This document shows, in pieces, positions 40,532 to 50,987 of a DNA stretch of 64,000 bases. Positions within the stretch are counted from its first letter, which is position 1; every line of letters begins with the position of its first letter. Source of the DNA: Bacteroidota bacterium (GTDB taxonomy: Bacteria > Bacteroidota > Bacteroidia > Palsa-965); NCBI GenBank assembly GCA_016194975.1, contig JACQAM010000009.1, positions 788 through 64,787 of the forward strand. Direction: 5' to 3'. The translations under genes were made by a program, and so were the position numbers. The notes under the pieces were generated by a model. It was not told the origin of the DNA. It saw nothing but the letters and a program-made list of their open reading frames with translations, and ran no database searches.

Positions 40532-41821
40532 TTAGTTACCGTAGCGCTTTCTTCCGAACCAGCTTTTCTTTTTCGCATTATTATTTCTGCGATGCGCCGG
40601 GTTCCTTTTCTGGTGTTCCGGTTTCCGATGATTCGATTCAGGAGAATTATTCCCATTGTGATCGGTTCGTTGCGGAACAGGCGACCCCGGTTTGAACGGA
40701 TGTTCATCCACCGAAGGAATTTTAAAACCGATCAGCTTCGTGATGTCTTTGAGATAATCACGCTCTTCATGATCACAGAATGAAATTGCAATTCCGCTTG
40801 CACCTGCGCGGCCCGTGCGGCCGATGCGATGCACATACGTTTCAGCAATGTTCGGAATTTCATAATTGATCACGTGCGATAATTCATCCACATCAATTCC
40901 GCGTGCCGCAATATCTGTTGCAACGAGAACACGTGTTTGTTTCGCTTTGAAATTACTCAGCGCACGTTGTCTTGCATTCTGCGATTTGTCGCCGTGAATG
41001 GCTTCTGCGCGTATGCCTGCACGTGTGAGATCGCGCGCAACGCGGTCGGCCCCGTGTTTCGTGCGCGTGAACACGAGCGTGGTGACGATGGAAGGATCTT
41101 TCAGCAGATGAATGAGCAATTGTTTTTTGTTGAGTTTATCAACGAAATACATTTTCTGCTGAACGGTTTCTGCGGTTGTCGCCTGTGGAGTCACTTCCAC
41201 TTTCTGTGGATGATGAAGAATGCTTGCAGAGAGTTTAATGATCTCCGGCGGCATGGTTGCCGAGAAAAAAAGCGATTGACGTTTCTGCGGAAGTTTTGCA
41301 ATGATCTTTTTCACGTCGTGCACAAAACCCATATCGAGCATACGATCCGCTTCATCAAGAATAAAATATTCGATGTGCTGGAGATGAATGTAACGCTGAT
41401 CAATAAGATCGAGCAAACGTCCGGGAGTTGCCACAAGAATATCAATGCCGGCACGCAGCGCATCTGTTTGCGGTTTTTGTCCCACGCCGCCGTACACAAC
41501 AACAGTTTTCAAACCGGTGTGGCGACCATAAGCAATGAAACTTTCCTCAATCTGTATTGCGAGTTCGCGCGTGGGAGTGAGGATGAGTGCGCGGATATTT
41601 TTTCTTCCGTGTTGTTGCTGCGGATGATTGAACATCTGCTGCAGAACCGGAATTGCGAACGCCGCTGTTTTACCCGTGCCTGTTTGTGCGCAACCGAGCA
41701 GATCTTTTCCCTGTAAAACAATGGGGATCGCTTGTTGCTGAATAGGCGTGGGTTGTGAATAGCCCTCTTCCTTTAACGCCATGAGGATGGGCGCAATGAT
41801 GTTTAAATTGTCGAATGACAT
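40532..41821 (-). CDS. rhlE: DEAD-box RNA helicase, RhlE-like
   Basis: [39 protein letters not shown]. Confidence 0.9.
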   Translation of the reverse strand: MSFDNLNIIAPILMALKEEGYSQPTPIQQQAIPIVLQGKDLLGCAQTGTGKTAAFAIPVLQQMFNHPQQQHGRKNIRALILTPTRELAIQIEESFIAYGRHTGLKTVVVYGGVGQKPQTDALRAGIDILVATPGRLLDLIDQRYIHLQHIEYFILDEADRMLDMGFVHDVKKIIAKLPQKRQSLFFSATMPPEIIKLSASILHHPQKVEVTPQATTAETVQQKMYFVDKLNKKQLLIHLLKDPSIVTTLVFTRTKHGADRVARDLTRAGIRAEAIHGDKSQNARQRALSNFKAKQTRVLVATDIAARGIDVDELSHVINYEIPNIAETYVHRIGRTGRAGASGIAISFCDHEERDYLKDITKLIGFKIPSVDEHPFKPGSPVPQRTDHNGNNSPESNHRKPEHQKRNPAHRRNNNAKKKSWFGRKRYGN

Positions 41822-42101
41822 TTTGAAAATTGTTTAACCGAAGCACTGGATCACCGGAAAATTTTTTTCCGAATCCCTTAGACACACAATCGCTTTCAGT
41901 AGTGATTTTAATTTTCCCGAGAACTCGGGATGAAGGAGGGATTACAATCAGTGACAAAGATACGCTAAATAAACGAGCAGACGATTTTTATTTCGCAAGA
42001 TGAGTTACTCTTTTATTTTTTCACCGTCACCTGCCGCCATCTGAGATCTATCGGGATTCGTCGGGCAGGCATTCGCACATTGCCCAAATTATCACATTGC
42101 T

Positions 42102-42296
42102 TCATTCTCCCATCTCTCCCAGAATTTTTTTCACTTCATCTTCTGTCGCGCGGAGTTTGGTTCTGCACAACGCGATCAGTTCTGAAGCGCGTTTTACTTT
42201 TGCAGCGAGTTCATCGATGGAAATACTTTCGTTCTCAATGGCGCGCGAAATTTCGTTGAGTTCTGTTAATGCATCTGTATATGAAATATCTTTCAT
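42102..42296 (-). CDS. xseB: exodeoxyribonuclease VII small subunit
   Basis: SYTDALTELNEI...IDELAAKVKRASELI; follows xseA. Confidence 0.88.
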   Translation of the reverse strand: MKDISYTDALTELNEISRAIENESISIDELAAKVKRASELIALCRTKLRATEDEVKKILGEMGE

Positions 42297-42347
42297 GGCA
42301 TCAAAGGTTGAATTATTTAGAAAAGTAGTGCTGTCATTGGTCAATTG

Positions 42348-43694
42348 TCATTCGTTGTTTGATTCGACGATCGTTTTCAAAGTTCCGTCTTTCATTCTGA
42401 TTTCCAGTTTTTCCCCGGCTGAAATATTTTTCGAAGAAACAACCGGCTGATCATTCTTCAACACCATCGCGTAACCTCTCTTCAGCACATTTTCCGGCGA
42501 AAGCAATTTCATTCTTTCAAAAAGAAGTTCAAGCTGGTGATCTTGTTTTTCGATCGTTCTTTTTGTCAGCGAAGGAAGTTTCCGAAGAATTTCTCCTGTG
42601 AGTTGGGTGTGCGAAAGAAAAAGTTTTCCGGAAGAAGAACTGATCCGTTCTCGGAAACGCGTCATTTTATTTTCCGTAGTGTGGATGAGTTGCAGCGTTC
42701 CGTTATGAAGAATTGCGCCGGTGTGATCCAGTTTACGCTGATGTTTTGTGAGCAATGTGTGACAGCGAATGGCGATGAGATCGCGGAGATCTTCTGTTTC
42801 TTCTTCAAATGCGCGGTTATTATCGATGATGAATTCTGCCGCTTTCGTGGGCGCCTGCGTGGAGGTGTGCGCCACCATGTCCGTGATGCTCTCGTTGCGC
42901 AGGTGCCCGATGCCGGTGATCACGGGTACGGGAAAGCGTGCGATCGCGTGTGCGAGATTGAATTTATCGAATGGAAGCAGGTCACTTTGTGAACCGCCGC
43001 CACGGATGAGTACTACCGCATCGAATTTTTTTCCCTGCACTATATCTTCAAAAATTTTCAACAGCTGTTCCTTCATCGAATCGGCAGCCGTTTCTCCCTG
43101 CAGAATAGAAAAATAATTCGTGCAGAAAAATTTATAACCAAAAATATTTTTGTTCAGTGCGTTCATGAAATCTTCATAACCGGCAGCGGAAGCAGCACTG
43201 ATCACGGCGATATGCTGAATGACGGAAGAAAGTTCAAGTTTTTTATTCGGCGTAATGAAAATTCCGTCTTCGAGGCGAATGCCCGGTTTAGTTGCAAGAA
43301 GCGCGATCGTTTTTCTGCGTTCCACCTCTAATTGCCCGAGCATGTGTTGTGCATCAATGTCAAGAATATCGAGCGACAATCCATGCACCGGGTGATAATC
43401 GGCGCGGAGTTTTAAAAGAACCTGCATTCCCTGCGATGGTTTTTTTCCGGTGATATCTTCGAAATTCCGGAATGCAGCGAGCGCTTCGGGCCTCCACACT
43501 TTTCCCGTCATTCGCGCAACGAGATCTGTTCCACTTTCACTTTTTTCTATCAGCTCCACCCAAGTTGATCTCGCTTTCTCATTCTGGGAATTGATCTCTG
43601 CCAGCACCCACCACGTTTTTCCTGCGAAAGTTTTTTTCAGCGAATCATCGATCAGCGCGCAAAATTCAGAAAGTTTCAGTTGTGACGTGTTCAT
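42348..43694 (-). CDS. xseA: exodeoxyribonuclease VII large subunit
   Basis: IRGGGS, PVITGIGH, TPT-like APTKAAEF, LKRGYA. Confidence 0.92.
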   Translation of the reverse strand: MNTSQLKLSEFCALIDDSLKKTFAGKTWWVLAEINSQNEKARSTWVELIEKSESGTDLVARMTGKVWRPEALAAFRNFEDITGKKPSQGMQVLLKLRADYHPVHGLSLDILDIDAQHMLGQLEVERRKTIALLATKPGIRLEDGIFITPNKKLELSSVIQHIAVISAASAAGYEDFMNALNKNIFGYKFFCTNYFSILQGETAADSMKEQLLKIFEDIVQGKKFDAVVLIRGGGSQSDLLPFDKFNLAHAIARFPVPVITGIGHLRNESITDMVAHTSTQAPTKAAEFIIDNNRAFEEETEDLRDLIAIRCHTLLTKHQRKLDHTGAILHNGTLQLIHTTENKMTRFRERISSSSGKLFLSHTQLTGEILRKLPSLTKRTIEKQDHQLELLFERMKLLSPENVLKRGYAMVLKNDQPVVSSKNISAGEKLEIRMKDGTLKTIVESNNE

Positions 43695-43787
43695 CGAATA
43701 AATTTACGATCTGCGTTTTAAGATGTGAATGATGTTAGTAAATATTAATTGGAATGCAGTTCCTGAATCCTCATTCCAAACTCCCGG

Positions 43788-44678
43788 CTATTTCCTGTTC
43801 ACCATCCACACTCCACCCAGAATTACCAGTACAAAAATTCCATGCAGGTAAGAAACCATTTCATGATCGAGCACGCCCCACAGCATCGCTACAATAGGAA
43901 TGATGTAAGTGACCGACGCAGCAAATAAAGTTCCGGCTTCCTTAATAAGAATATTATAGACGATCACACTCAGCGCCGTTCCGAAGATCGCAAGAATGGC
44001 AGTGTAGCCAAGACTTTGCCATGCGAGTTGTATCGTTTGCATGCGGTGAATGAAGTCGGTGGAGAAAAGATAAATTCCGGCAACCGGGCCAATGATGCAT
44101 AATGCAAAAACAGTTGCAGTCACCGAACTCACCTGGCTTAGTTTCGATTTGATGATATTCACGCTGAAGCCGTAAAAAAAAGTAGCAAGCACAACCAGCG
44201 ATCCGCCAATGAAGATCGTTCGCTGATCAACCTGAATTTCTTTCGAAGAATTATTATTCAGCATCATCAACCCGATCGCTCCACTGAGCCCGGTCACAAT
44301 TCCGATGATCTGCCACATGCGGACCTTCTGTTTAAAAACAAAAAAACCGAGAAGCAAAGTAAAAACAGGAGTGAGAGAATTCAGCATTCCGGTCAGGGCA
44401 GAACTGATCATGGTTTCCGCACGCGTGAACATGAATGCGGGAAGAAGATTTCCAAATATTCCCATTCCTGCGAATGCAAATGTGTTGCTGAATAATTCTT
44501 TTTTTATGTGCCGGAAAGCAAGCGGCAATAAAAAAAGAAATGCAATGAAAATTCTCAATGCTGCGACCTGGTCACTGGTAAAAGAATCAAGCCCGCGTTT
44601 CATGAGAATGAAAGAACTTCCCCACGTGAGGCCGAGAGCGATGAAAATGATCCAGTGGAGTAGTGAGCGGTTTTGCAA
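43788..44678 (-). CDS. DMT/EamA family transporter
   Basis: LTWGSSFILMK, LNSLTPVF, about 10 TM; probable TTG start. Confidence 0.85.
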   Translation of the reverse strand: MQNRSLLHWIIFIALGLTWGSSFILMKRGLDSFTSDQVAALRIFIAFLFLLPLAFRHIKKELFSNTFAFAGMGIFGNLLPAFMFTRAETMISSALTGMLNSLTPVFTLLLGFFVFKQKVRMWQIIGIVTGLSGAIGLMMLNNNSSKEIQVDQRTIFIGGSLVVLATFFYGFSVNIIKSKLSQVSSVTATVFALCIIGPVAGIYLFSTDFIHRMQTIQLAWQSLGYTAILAIFGTALSVIVYNILIKEAGTLFAASVTYIIPIVAMLWGVLDHEMVSYLHGIFVLVILGGVWMVNRK

Positions 44679-44687
44679 GAGGAACAA

Positions 44688-44851
44688 ATTGCGAATGGGT
44701 GCGAATATACGAAGCAATAAAGCCCCATTCGTAATTCGCATTCCGTTCCCGCATTCGTAATTCGTAAATTCGCACTTCGCATTTTCGCACCTATTCGCAC
44801 TTCGTTCCCGAATTCGTAATTTGTATATTCGTGTGATTCGTAATTCGTAAC
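44688..44851. repeat. degenerate heptamer tandem array (ATTCGTA/ATTCGCA) in a divergent promoter region
   Basis: More than ten TTCG(T/C)-containing units plus inverted GCGAAT units. Confidence 0.75.
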
Positions 44852-44853
44852 CA

Positions 44854-46266
44854 ATGAAAAATTATTCCATTTACATCGGTGGATATTTCGCATCCACTTC
44901 AAATGAACTTGTTGTGCGTAATCCATTTTCGGGAGAAACGGTCGGCACGACAAGTCTCGCCGGGCCACATGAACTGGAAGCTGCGATCGGCGCTGCTCAG
45001 CGTGTGCAGAAAGAAATGAGTGAGTTATCATCGCATAAAAAATATTCCATTCTCCGTAAAATTTCTGATAACATTACCGCTCATCGGGAAAATCTCGCTT
45101 TGCTATTGTGCCATGAATCCGGAAAACCAATACGCTATGCACTTGCAGAAATAGATCGCGCTGCGCAGACATTCCTGGTCGCCGCCGAAGAATCGAAACG
45201 TTTGCCCAAAGAATATATTTCACTCGACTGGAGCGCAGCAGGGGAAAAGAAAGAAGGATTCGTGAAATATTTTCCGGTGGGAATTGTTGCAGGGATTTCT
45301 CCTTTCAATTTTCCGATGAATCTCGCTGTGCACAAAATTGCACCGGCTATTGCGGCGGGTTGTCCCATTATTCTCAAACCCGCATCATCCACGCCGCTTT
45401 CCACGCTGGAACTTGCGAAGATCATCGACAAAACAGATATGCCCAGGGGTTGTGTTTCAATACTACCCATGAACAGGACGGCTGGAAATCAATTGGTGAC
45501 TGACGATCGTTTTTCGCTGCTGAGTTTCACCGGGTCGCCCGAAGTAGGATGGACGATGAAAGCAAATGCCGGCAGGAAAAAAGTAGTGCTCGAACTCGGT
45601 GGAAATGCCGGCGTCATTGTTGCATCCTCTTCTGATCCGGAAATGGCGCTGAAGAAATGTCTCATCGCCGGATTTGCTTATTCAGGTCAGGTGTGCATAC
45701 ACGCGCAAAGGATCTTCGTTCATAAAAATTATTTCGAAAAATTCGTTCATGCTTTCTGCGAAGGAGCGGGTAAACTTGCGCAGGGAGATCCTGCTGATGC
45801 GAATACAGAAATTTCAGTGATGATAGACCAAGAGAATGCAAAGCGTGTAGAGCAATGGGTGAATGAAGCGGAACATGCCGGTGCAAAAATTCTGTGCGGA
45901 GGAAAACGTGATGGAAATTATTTCATGCCGACGGTTATGACGAATACCAACATCATCATGAAAGTGAATTGCGAAGAAGTCTTCGGCCCGGTGGTGATCG
46001 TGGAGCCGTTTGAAAAATTCGACGATGCAATAAAAATGATAAACGATACGCGTTTCGGTTTACAGGCCGGAGTTTTTACCAATGACATCCGCGAAATAGA
46101 TAAAGCATTCCACGAAATTGAAACAGGCGGAGTGATCATCAACGATGTTCCCACTTTCAGAATGGATCACATGCCTTATGGTGGAGTTAAGGATTCAGGA
46201 TCGGGAAGAGAAGGAGTGAAGTACGCGATGATGGATATGCTCGAAGCGAGGATTCTTTGCAGATAG
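44854..46266 (+). CDS. aldehyde dehydrogenase family protein
   Basis: PFNFP, KPAS, FTGS, LELGGN, GQVC, EEVFGPV, PYGGVKDSG. Confidence 0.93.
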   Translation: MKNYSIYIGGYFASTSNELVVRNPFSGETVGTTSLAGPHELEAAIGAAQRVQKEMSELSSHKKYSILRKISDNITAHRENLALLLCHESGKPIRYALAEIDRAAQTFLVAAEESKRLPKEYISLDWSAAGEKKEGFVKYFPVGIVAGISPFNFPMNLAVHKIAPAIAAGCPIILKPASSTPLSTLELAKIIDKTDMPRGCVSILPMNRTAGNQLVTDDRFSLLSFTGSPEVGWTMKANAGRKKVVLELGGNAGVIVASSSDPEMALKKCLIAGFAYSGQVCIHAQRIFVHKNYFEKFVHAFCEGAGKLAQGDPADANTEISVMIDQENAKRVEQWVNEAEHAGAKILCGGKRDGNYFMPTVMTNTNIIMKVNCEEVFGPVVIVEPFEKFDDAIKMINDTRFGLQAGVFTNDIREIDKAFHEIETGGVIINDVPTFRMDHMPYGGVKDSGSGREGVKYAMMDMLEARILCR

Positions 46267-46315
46267 GTGGCGGGAAGCGATCTTGCAAGAGGATTTCGTA
46301 ATCTGTAATCTTTCC

Positions 46316-46738
46316 CTACCAACCAATATTCGGTTTGCCAACTCCTCTGTACAGAACATGTTTCTGCAAACCCTGTTCAGACTTCGGATGTTTGAAGCAG
46401 GTATCTTTCATCAGCAGATCAATTGTAGAAAATCTTTTTCCGCAATACATACAGTAATACGCGTTTGAAGTTTGCGGTGGAGGAAAATTCCCCTGGCTCT
46501 GAAAATTTTCCGGCGAGGTGAATGTGTCCCGGTAATTCGGTTTCGGATTATTCTGTGGATTTGCGTGAGACGGCGGAAATGGATTCCGGTTTTGTTGTTG
46601 CTGTTGGAGAAAAGGATTCGGATAATTTGTTTGTGGAGGCATTTTCGGAGCATTGTTTTTACCTCTCGCTACTTTTATCATAATGTAAATGAAGAGGAAT
46701 ACGAGTCCGAAAACGATTTTTGCTGCGGCTGCTGTCAT
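46316..46738 (-). CDS. membrane-anchored protein with P/Q/N-rich linker and C-terminal Cys/His zinc-finger-like motif
   Basis: N-terminal TM; YYCMYCGKRF...TCFKHP...KHVLY. Confidence 0.65.
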   Translation of the reverse strand: MTAAAAKIVFGLVFLFIYIMIKVARGKNNAPKMPPQTNYPNPFLQQQQQNRNPFPPSHANPQNNPKPNYRDTFTSPENFQSQGNFPPPQTSNAYYCMYCGKRFSTIDLLMKDTCFKHPKSEQGLQKHVLYRGVGKPNIGW

Positions 46739-46800
46739 TATGGATTTTTTATTTTAAAATATAAATTGTCGAGTGAAGTGAAAACCGCCGACAAGTTAAT

Positions 46801-47595
46801 CTATTCCTTCGCTTGCCTGCGGATAATTTTTCCGAACCATTTCGGGAAATGACGTTTCATCCACACGGCTTTTATTTCTCTTCCGCCAATGAGAATTTCT
46901 TCTTTACCGGCATTCATGGCATTTAAAATAATCTGCGCGCATTCTTCCGCCGGCATTCCTTCTTCCTGGCTCTTGTCCATTTTCGCATGCTTGCTGCCGT
47001 CGGCTTTCACCGCATTCAGTGAAATATCCGTTTTTATTTTTCCCGGAACTGCAATGAGAATTTTAATTCCTTCATTTTCTGTTTCAAGGCGCAGTGTTTC
47101 GAAAAATCCGTGGAGCGCGTGTTTGGAAGCCGAATAAGCGGAGCGGAACCAGAAACCGAATTTTCCCGAAATGCTGCTCATGACAATGATATTTCCGGAA
47201 TGTTGTTTCAGCATGAAAGGAAGAACAGCTTTCGTGAGCGCTACCTGTCCGAAAAAATTCACTTCCATTATTTTCCGGTCCATGTCAACGGATGTTTCTT
47301 TTGTCAATGAACGCTGCGATACTCCTCCGTTATTCACCAGCACATCGATGCGCGAAAATTTTGCAATGACTTTCTGAACAAGATCATTTACATTTTTTGT
47401 GTCGGAAAGATCGAGTGGAAGAACCAGTGAATTATTTTCCGTGAGTGAAGCTTCACGTTTTACTTTTTCAAGTTCTTCTGTTCTCCGCGCCGACAGAATT
47501 ATTTTTGCTCCTTCCTTCGCAAATGCTTTCACAAGTGCGGCACCTATTCCTGAAGATGCGCCGGTGATCCAGATGACTTTGTCTTTGTAATTCAT
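46801..47595 (-). CDS. short-chain dehydrogenase/reductase (SDR)
   Basis: TGASSGIG, NNGG, YSASK. Confidence 0.92.
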   Translation of the reverse strand: MNYKDKVIWITGASSGIGAALVKAFAKEGAKIILSARRTEELEKVKREASLTENNSLVLPLDLSDTKNVNDLVQKVIAKFSRIDVLVNNGGVSQRSLTKETSVDMDRKIMEVNFFGQVALTKAVLPFMLKQHSGNIIVMSSISGKFGFWFRSAYSASKHALHGFFETLRLETENEGIKILIAVPGKIKTDISLNAVKADGSKHAKMDKSQEEGMPAEECAQIILNAMNAGKEEILIGGREIKAVWMKRHFPKWFGKIIRRQAKE

Positions 47596-47673
47596 TCTGA
47601 AAATTCGAGATTTGAAATTCGAGATTCAAAATTACAGATTAGAAGGACCTTAATCCCGAATCTAAATTTCAAA

Positions 47674-49125
47674 TTACATTCCCGGCGTTGGAGGAGTTCC
47701 GTTGTTCATTGCTTCTTCTCTCAGTCGCGGATCGAGATTGACGCGGATAAACCCGATCGCGAACGACATGTTCGGGTCTTTCGATTTGTCGAGATAAGTG
47801 AGCACATCTCCTGTTGCCAATCCTATTTCGAGCGGACCCAGCGGGCCGAGTGTAACTCCCATTGGTAAATTCCATCCGAGCGATGCATTGCCCGAGACTC
47901 CAAGATTTACATGGATGATCTCCGCCAGTTTTATTTCTCCACCGACGGCGAAATAAGGCCCGGTAAGATTGTAGCGGTTTTTTGTATAGGGAATAACGAG
48001 ATCGGCTCCCACATTCACGCGATCTCCGATCTTCCATCCCACACCGAAACGAATGCGCGATGGTAAAGTCGATTTGTAATCGCTGCCCGGTTTGTAATTC
48101 ATGAATCCTGTGCTGCTGAAAAGGAAATTTGCATTCTTGCCCATGTTCCAGTTCGGCAATCCGTTGTTCGTGCTGTCGGCGTGAAAGAGTGTTGTGTCGT
48201 GAGCCATGAGTACATTATCTTTCCACGTGATTGATCCGATGTCGGTGAATGCTGCAGCAAATCTTATTTTTTTGTCAATGACCACCGATGTTCCGAAATC
48301 AAATCCCATTCCCTGTCCTACAGAATTGAAAAGTGAATTTGATTTGATGGAACTGAAATTCTGGATATTTCCGTAATTGATATTGTAACTGCTCGTAATG
48401 GAAGAATGTCCTGCAATGAAACCGGGAGAAATTTTTCCATCCACATTCGCAAGTCCCCACAACATTTTCAATCCCACTCCGCCAAACACCTGAATCTTCG
48501 GATCGCCGTCATCATCTGTCGTTCCGAATCCCATGATCCTTCTTCCGTAAGAAAGATTCGCCTCACGATAATGAAGAAAAGAAACATCGCTGCCGTTGAA
48601 GATATCAGAGAGATGTTTGCTGTAATTGGCAGTGTCCTGGAAAAATGCTGCATTCTTTCCGTTGAAAATAAAATCAGCGGCATTCTGGTTCAGTCCCACG
48701 TGTGCATACATTCGGTCGCGCACACTGATCGCAAATCCACCGACTTTAGGAACATAAAATGAAGTGGCCAGCCAGTTGATGTTTGCAGTCATGTTGAATC
48801 CCTGCGGCTGCGCGAATAATGTTGCGTATTGTTGTTTCTGCGCATTGGTAAAAGAATCATTCGGATTCAGGATCGCATTTTTCAGTGTAGGAAAATCGAT
48901 CGCTTTCGATTGCGCATTAATGCCCACATTCAGCACCGACATGGAGAAACGGTAATTGTCGCTCCAGCCGAGATTGGAAGGATTGATACCGATGGCTTCG
49001 AAATTCGTGACCATGGCTGTGGCTGTTCCGCCTTTACCCGTGGTGGAAGGAAGGCCGAGATCGACTTGGGCAGAAATCTCATTGGAGAAAGCAGCGCTTG
49101 CGAGTAAAGCCAGGATCTTTTTCAT
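47674..49125 (-). CDS. DUF5723-like outer-membrane protein
   Basis: Signal peptide, NPSNLG, GMGFDFG, DIGSITW, LPSRIRFG. Confidence 0.7.
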   Translation of the reverse strand: MKKILALLASAAFSNEISAQVDLGLPSTTGKGGTATAMVTNFEAIGINPSNLGWSDNYRFSMSVLNVGINAQSKAIDFPTLKNAILNPNDSFTNAQKQQYATLFAQPQGFNMTANINWLATSFYVPKVGGFAISVRDRMYAHVGLNQNAADFIFNGKNAAFFQDTANYSKHLSDIFNGSDVSFLHYREANLSYGRRIMGFGTTDDDGDPKIQVFGGVGLKMLWGLANVDGKISPGFIAGHSSITSSYNINYGNIQNFSSIKSNSLFNSVGQGMGFDFGTSVVIDKKIRFAAAFTDIGSITWKDNVLMAHDTTLFHADSTNNGLPNWNMGKNANFLFSSTGFMNYKPGSDYKSTLPSRIRFGVGWKIGDRVNVGADLVIPYTKNRYNLTGPYFAVGGEIKLAEIIHVNLGVSGNASLGWNLPMGVTLGPLGPLEIGLATGDVLTYLDKSKDPNMSFAIGFIRVNLDPRLREEAMNNGTPPTPGM

Positions 49126-49328
49126 TTCGTGGGATTTGATAGTAATCAAAAATAATTTTTTTAGGCGGATAAATCATTCTTTGACCATTTTTTAGTGCAG
49201 ATAATTTTGTAATGATGTGGAGACAATAATATAAAATGAACCAGAATTGCATTCAGCGGTTCACTTACTTTAACTGATGCCTCAATGAATCAGATTCAAC
49301 GGCAGTCAATCTTACCTACCTTCGCAGT

Positions 49329-49760
49329 ATGCGCCGGGAAATTTTCTTAGTGATGATTTTGTTTTTTTCCTGCAGCCGTTCGCAGCAGGGACAAACAAAG
49401 CGCCCTTTTGATCTGATCGATCGCGATAAGATGGTGCAGGTTCTTGCAGATGTTCACGTGCTTGAAGCAACTCTTTCGGTTCGTCAACCCATGCAATTGC
49501 AGCGCCACCCGATGATGCCCGGCCTGAAAGATCCTTCTGTTAACCAGGCGCCATTGCAGAAAGAAGATTCGATGCCTTATTATAATATTTTCAGAAAGAA
49601 TGGAGTTACGCGCAAACAATACCAGTCGTCGATGAAATGGTATTGCGCACATCCCGAAGAGTTGAGCGGGATTTATGATGATGTGATCACCGAGATCAAC
49701 AAGCGTTTGTCGCAGGAGCAGGAAGCGGCGGGGAAGCAAAAAAAATTGGTGGGGAAATAG
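49329..49760 (+). CDS. DUF4296 family lipoprotein
   Basis: Lipobox FFSC; DKMVQVLADVHVLEA; SMKWY..HPEEL..IYDDV. Confidence 0.8.
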   Translation: MRREIFLVMILFFSCSRSQQGQTKRPFDLIDRDKMVQVLADVHVLEATLSVRQPMQLQRHPMMPGLKDPSVNQAPLQKEDSMPYYNIFRKNGVTRKQYQSSMKWYCAHPEELSGIYDDVITEINKRLSQEQEAAGKQKKLVGK

Positions 49761-49800
49761 AAATGGATTTGTTTTTTAGGGTTTGTTTTTTGGGATTTTT

Positions 49801-50838
49801 TCATTGGTAGAATGCGCAGATCTCTTTTATGCTTTGCTCAATATTCCTGTATTTGAAATTTATTTTGTGCGTGATCTTATCGGCCTTGTAACTGTTTTTT
49901 TCCAGTGAAGATTGTGCAGTTTCCTTCGTCACGCGTGGTGCGCGCCCGGTTAGGCCCGTGAAAATTTTTTCTCCTCTCCAGCCGAGGCCAAGTAAAGTGC
50001 GGGAAGCTTTCCACTTCGTTTCTTTCCTGCCGAATTGTTTCAGCACTTTGTTGAAGAATTCGCGGTAAGTGAGATTAGCGCCCGAAACAATGAACCGTTC
50101 ATTCACGATGTTGCTTTTCATGAGTTGTATTGCAGCACAACTAACATCGCGCACATCCACGAAGCCATTCACCCCATCGGTGTACCAGCGGAGCCCTTTG
50201 CGCAGCGCGCGGAAAAGCTCAGAACTGCTTTTGCCGGTACCGGGCGCGATCACGAGCGAGGGATTCACGATCACCACGTTCATTCCTTCTTCTGTGGCGC
50301 GCCACACTTCTCTTTCTGCGCCGTATTTGCTGATCGCATACCAGGAATTTTCAGGCGAATTTTTCCACCAGGTATTTTCATCAATCAAACTTCCGTCCGT
50401 GGTGCGGCCGAGTGCGGCAATGGAAGAGATGTGACAGAATTTTTCAATTTTTTTTTCGAGACAGAGATTAACAAGGTTCGCCGTTCCTTCTATGTTTATC
50501 TCCAGCATATTTTTTTTCTCGGATGGGACGAATGATACGAGCGCGGCTGCGTGATACACGTGCGTGATGCCCGCGAGCGCATCCTCGAGTGCGCCGGCAT
50601 CAAGAAGATCTGCATTCACCCATTCTATATTTTTCAATAATGCTTCTGCATTCTTCGAATAGAAATTAAAAATAGATTCGGTGACTTTTGTAGTACTGTC
50701 TTTTCTTTTTATCGCGCGAATGTGTTCCCCGCTTTTCACAAGATCGTAAGCGATGTGTGCGCCAATGAGTCCGGTTGCTCCGGTGATGAGAATGGAGGGA
50801 GGAGGGAGGAGTTGAGAGTCGGAAAAATTCTGCTTCAT
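49801..50838 (-). CDS. NAD-dependent epimerase/dehydratase family protein
   Basis: TGATGLIG, YHAAA, ISSIAA, YAISK. Confidence 0.9.
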   Translation of the reverse strand: MKQNFSDSQLLPPPSILITGATGLIGAHIAYDLVKSGEHIRAIKRKDSTTKVTESIFNFYSKNAEALLKNIEWVNADLLDAGALEDALAGITHVYHAAALVSFVPSEKKNMLEINIEGTANLVNLCLEKKIEKFCHISSIAALGRTTDGSLIDENTWWKNSPENSWYAISKYGAEREVWRATEEGMNVVIVNPSLVIAPGTGKSSSELFRALRKGLRWYTDGVNGFVDVRDVSCAAIQLMKSNIVNERFIVSGANLTYREFFNKVLKQFGRKETKWKASRTLLGLGWRGEKIFTGLTGRAPRVTKETAQSSLEKNSYKADKITHKINFKYRNIEQSIKEICAFYQ

Positions 50839-50868
50839 GAATTGCGATCAGCTAAAACAAATCGATTA

Positions 50869-50944
50869 GAGGCTGTTTAAAATTCATTTTTTTGGAATTG
50901 TTATGGCGCATAACAAAACAGAAGGATGAAATTTAAACAGCCTC
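50869..50944. mobile_element. MITE, 76 bp, with IS5-family (IS1031-like) ends
   Basis: TIRs GAGGCTGTTTAAAATTCAT / ATGAAATTTAAACAGCCTC (1 mismatch); TTA direct repeat at 50866-50868 and 50945-50947. Confidence 0.75.
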
Positions 50945-50987
50945 TTAGGGAAAAGAAAATATTTTTCTCCGCTCTCCATTCGTCATT

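Noticed and set aside
40937..41716. Long antisense ORF (259 aa); likewise 17145-17807, 28020-28757, 51525-52115 and other shadow ORFs
   Set aside because: They overlap well-supported conserved genes (mostly on the opposite strand) and show no recognisable motifs.
44688..44851. CRISPR array
   Set aside because: Units are ~7-bp degenerate tandem repeats without unique spacers, and there are no cas genes.
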